Below, in pieces: positions 33,273-34,360 of a stretch of 34,360 nucleotides of DNA. The stretch is from Candidatus Nitrotoga sp. (GTDB lineage Bacteria; Pseudomonadota; Gammaproteobacteria; Burkholderiales; Gallionellaceae). The DNA lies in assembly GCA_031420955.1 (NCBI GenBank), contig JANONT010000138.1:1-34360 (forward strand), in the 5' to 3' direction. The notes below the pieces were generated by a model, which was given only the letters and a program-made list of their open reading frames with translations, did no database searches and was not told the DNA's origin. The stretch's first letter is position 1, and the number at the start of each line of letters is the position of its first letter. The translations under genes were made by a program, and so were the position numbers.

Positions 33273-33387
33273 ACAGCAAAGCCCCGCCCTGCCCTTTAAT
33301 AATCTTGGCCAACTGGTGCGATTGCAGGTACGCCACCAGTGCCAGCGCACCGATTGCCCATAGCGCGATGCTTTGGGCGCGGGTCAT
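33250..33387 (-). CDS. 45-aa N-terminally membrane-anchored protein (absent from ORF track)
   Basis: Hand translation: MTRAQSIALWAIGALALVAYLQSHQLAKIIKGQGGALLFREDLTA; ATGA overlap with the toxin stop; GAGG RBS. Confidence 0.55.
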   Translation of the reverse strand: MTRAQSIALWAIGALALVAYLQSHQLAKIIKGQGGALLFREDLTA

Positions 33388-33644
33388 TTGTAGACCTCGC
33401 CTCGATGGCCTACGCGCACGATCCAGACGATGAGTTCCCGATCTCGGATTTCACAGATCAGGCGATAATCCCCCACCCGATACCGCCATTCCCGCTCATC
33501 GCCCGTGAGGGCGCGACCAGAAAATCGCGGGTTAACCGAGGCTTCGATTTTATCGACCAAGGCCAATATGCGCTTTTGCAACGGCTTATCCAGCCGCCCG
33601 ATAGCTTTGCTTGCCGCTTTTGAATAGATGACTTTATAAGCCAA
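33384..33644 (-). CDS. relE: RelE/StbE-family type II toxin
   Basis: YKVIYSKAASK, G..L.G...WRYRVGDYRLICEI, VGHRGEVYK; TTG start overlapping the antitoxin end. Confidence 0.92.
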   Translation of the reverse strand: MAYKVIYSKAASKAIGRLDKPLQKRILALVDKIEASVNPRFSGRALTGDEREWRYRVGDYRLICEIRDRELIVWIVRVGHRGEVYK

Positions 33645-33870
33645 GCTTGGCCTTCAATTCGGCGTGAGTAATCATTTCCCCCCCCGCTTTTTTTGCGTCG
33701 GCAATGGCTTTGCTATCGGCCATGTCTTCGAGGTATTCGAGCAGGGCTTTTTTAACGATGGTGGCGCGGGTGGTTTTGAAGTCCTTGGCCGCCAGCGATA
33801 GCGCGCGGTCAATGTCTTTGGTGATGCGGACGGCGGCAGGTTCTGCGCGGCGTGCGGTAGCGGTGGTCAT
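33634..33870 (-). CDS. RelB-like (ribbon-helix-helix) antitoxin
   Basis: AVRITKDIDRALSLAAK...TRATIVKKALLEYLEDMAD...ITHAELKAKLGL; GGAGGG RBS before ATG 33870; upstream of the toxin. Confidence 0.85.
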   Translation of the reverse strand: MTTATARRAEPAAVRITKDIDRALSLAAKDFKTTRATIVKKALLEYLEDMADSKAIADAKKAGGEMITHAELKAKLGL

Positions 33871-33896
33871 AGTGTTCCCTCCAGAGCGTTGTGACG

Positions 33897-33916
33897 GTTT
33901 GGATTTTACGCCAAAC
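33897..33916 (-). promoter_or_regulatory. Candidate TA operator/promoter: inverted repeat enclosing a -10-like box
   Basis: Minus strand GTTTGG-CG-TAAAAT-CCAAAC about 30 bp upstream of the antitoxin ATG; no clear -35. Confidence 0.4.
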
Positions 33917-33944
33917 AGCCCGGAAAGGAAATCCATGGCCACGG

Positions 33945-34031
33945 CTACTTTTTAAGGAAGCGGCCTGTGCGTTTGCTGCGCGTGACGCGTTTTTTAGCTT
34001 TTGGTTTGGTTTTGCGCTTTTTAGTGGCCAT
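33945..34031 (-). CDS. 28-aa Lys/Arg-rich peptide (absent from ORF track)
   Basis: Hand translation: MATKKRKTKPKAKKRVTRSKRTGRFLKK; GGGAG RBS; overlaps the upstream ORF end by 11 nt. Confidence 0.65.
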   Translation of the reverse strand: MATKKRKTKPKAKKRVTRSKRTGRFLKK

Positions 34032-34215
34032 GGTTTTTTCTCCCTTCGTAAATAACATCGATGCGGTCGTGCGCGCGGGCCGATGCGCGCATGGCTTCTT
34101 CTACGCGCTGGTGCATGGCTTTGAGGTCGGCGCGGATGCCGCCGTAGATCGCGCCGCCGGTGACCAATATGCCAGCGAGTTGGATCAAATCACTGTTGGT
34201 CAGATCGGCGATCAC
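34021..34215 (-). CDS. 64-aa phage-like membrane protein (TM segment plus short coiled coil; holin-like)
   Basis: LIQLAGILVTGGAIYGGI followed by RADLKAMHQRVEEAMRASARAHDRID; GTGA overlap with the upstream ORF. Confidence 0.65.
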   Translation of the reverse strand: MIADLTNSDLIQLAGILVTGGAIYGGIRADLKAMHQRVEEAMRASARAHDRIDVIYEGRKNHGH

Positions 34216-34358
34216 GGCGCGGGATTTTGCAGGCGTTGTTTGATCTCGGCCACCAGCTCATCATCGAGGGTGTTGGTGGTCATGGGTGCGAGTTTTTCCG
34301 CGCAGTAGATGATCACGCGGGTGAGCACGGCTTCAAAGAATGCCGCCGTAGCCAAGCG
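34212..34358 (-). CDS. C-terminus of a small phage-like protein (5' truncated by window edge)
   Basis: Hand translation: ...RLATAAFFEAVLTRVIIYCAEKLAPMTTNTLDDELVAEIKQRLQNPAP*; its TGA overlaps the next GTG. Confidence 0.6.
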   Translation of the reverse strand, partial: RLATAAFFEAVLTRVIIYCAEKLAPMTTNTLDDELVAEIKQRLQNPAP

Positions 34359-34360
34359 GC

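Larger units (their letters stand above)
32873..34360. mobile_element. Left end of a dif-integrated phage-like element (IMEX), truncated by window edge
   Basis: Starts at dif; visibly GC-richer than tatD/holB; small overlapping ORFs plus a TA pair; second inverted XerD-like arm at 32965-32975. Confidence 0.7.

Noticed and set aside
33871-33942. N-terminal extension MAMDFLSGLFGVKSKP... on the antitoxin in the ORF track
   Set aside because: ATG 33870 has a strong GGAGGG RBS and gives a normal antitoxin size. The extension overlaps the candidate promoter/operator, although a longer isoform cannot be fully excluded.
33339-34308. Plus-strand ORFs 33339-33623, 33704-33955 and 33967-34308
   Set aside because: Antisense shadows of the coupled minus-strand genes
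1-34360. CRISPR arrays, tRNA or rRNA genes, riboswitches
   Set aside because: No repeat-spacer periodicity or recognisable structured-RNA signature in the short intergenic regions; a covariance-model scan would be needed to exclude small RNAs

Overview
This window is mostly housekeeping chromosome from a betaproteobacterium (Nitrosomonadales/Gallionellaceae-like gene order; the taxon is an inference). The core genes are hom(3' end)-thrC, xseB-ispA-dxs, ribF-ileS-lspA-ispH, galU-hpt-mtnP-def, fumC/acnA, dksA, maf, and yceD-rpmF-plsX-fabHDG-acpP-fabF-pabC-mltG-tmk-holB-tatD. Five accessory signals stand out. (1) An EcoRV-like type II restriction-modification pair sits between hom and thrC, and I found no GATATC site in the window by eye. 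(2) A lipoprotein gene is bracketed by two inverted 34-bp GTAG-type REP elements. (3) Two tandem, apparently paralogous small membrane proteins lie upstream of acnA, and one is missing from the ORF track. (4) A MITE-like relic lies between fabH and fabD. (5) A canonical dif site (32873-32900) is followed by the left end of a phage-like element. That element carries a second, inverted XerD-like arm resembling a folded ssDNA attP, and a tightly coupled minus-strand run of small membrane ORFs, an unannotated 28-aa Lys/Arg-rich peptide and a RelBE-type toxin-antitoxin pair. The element runs off the window end, so its replication and capsid genes cannot be seen.
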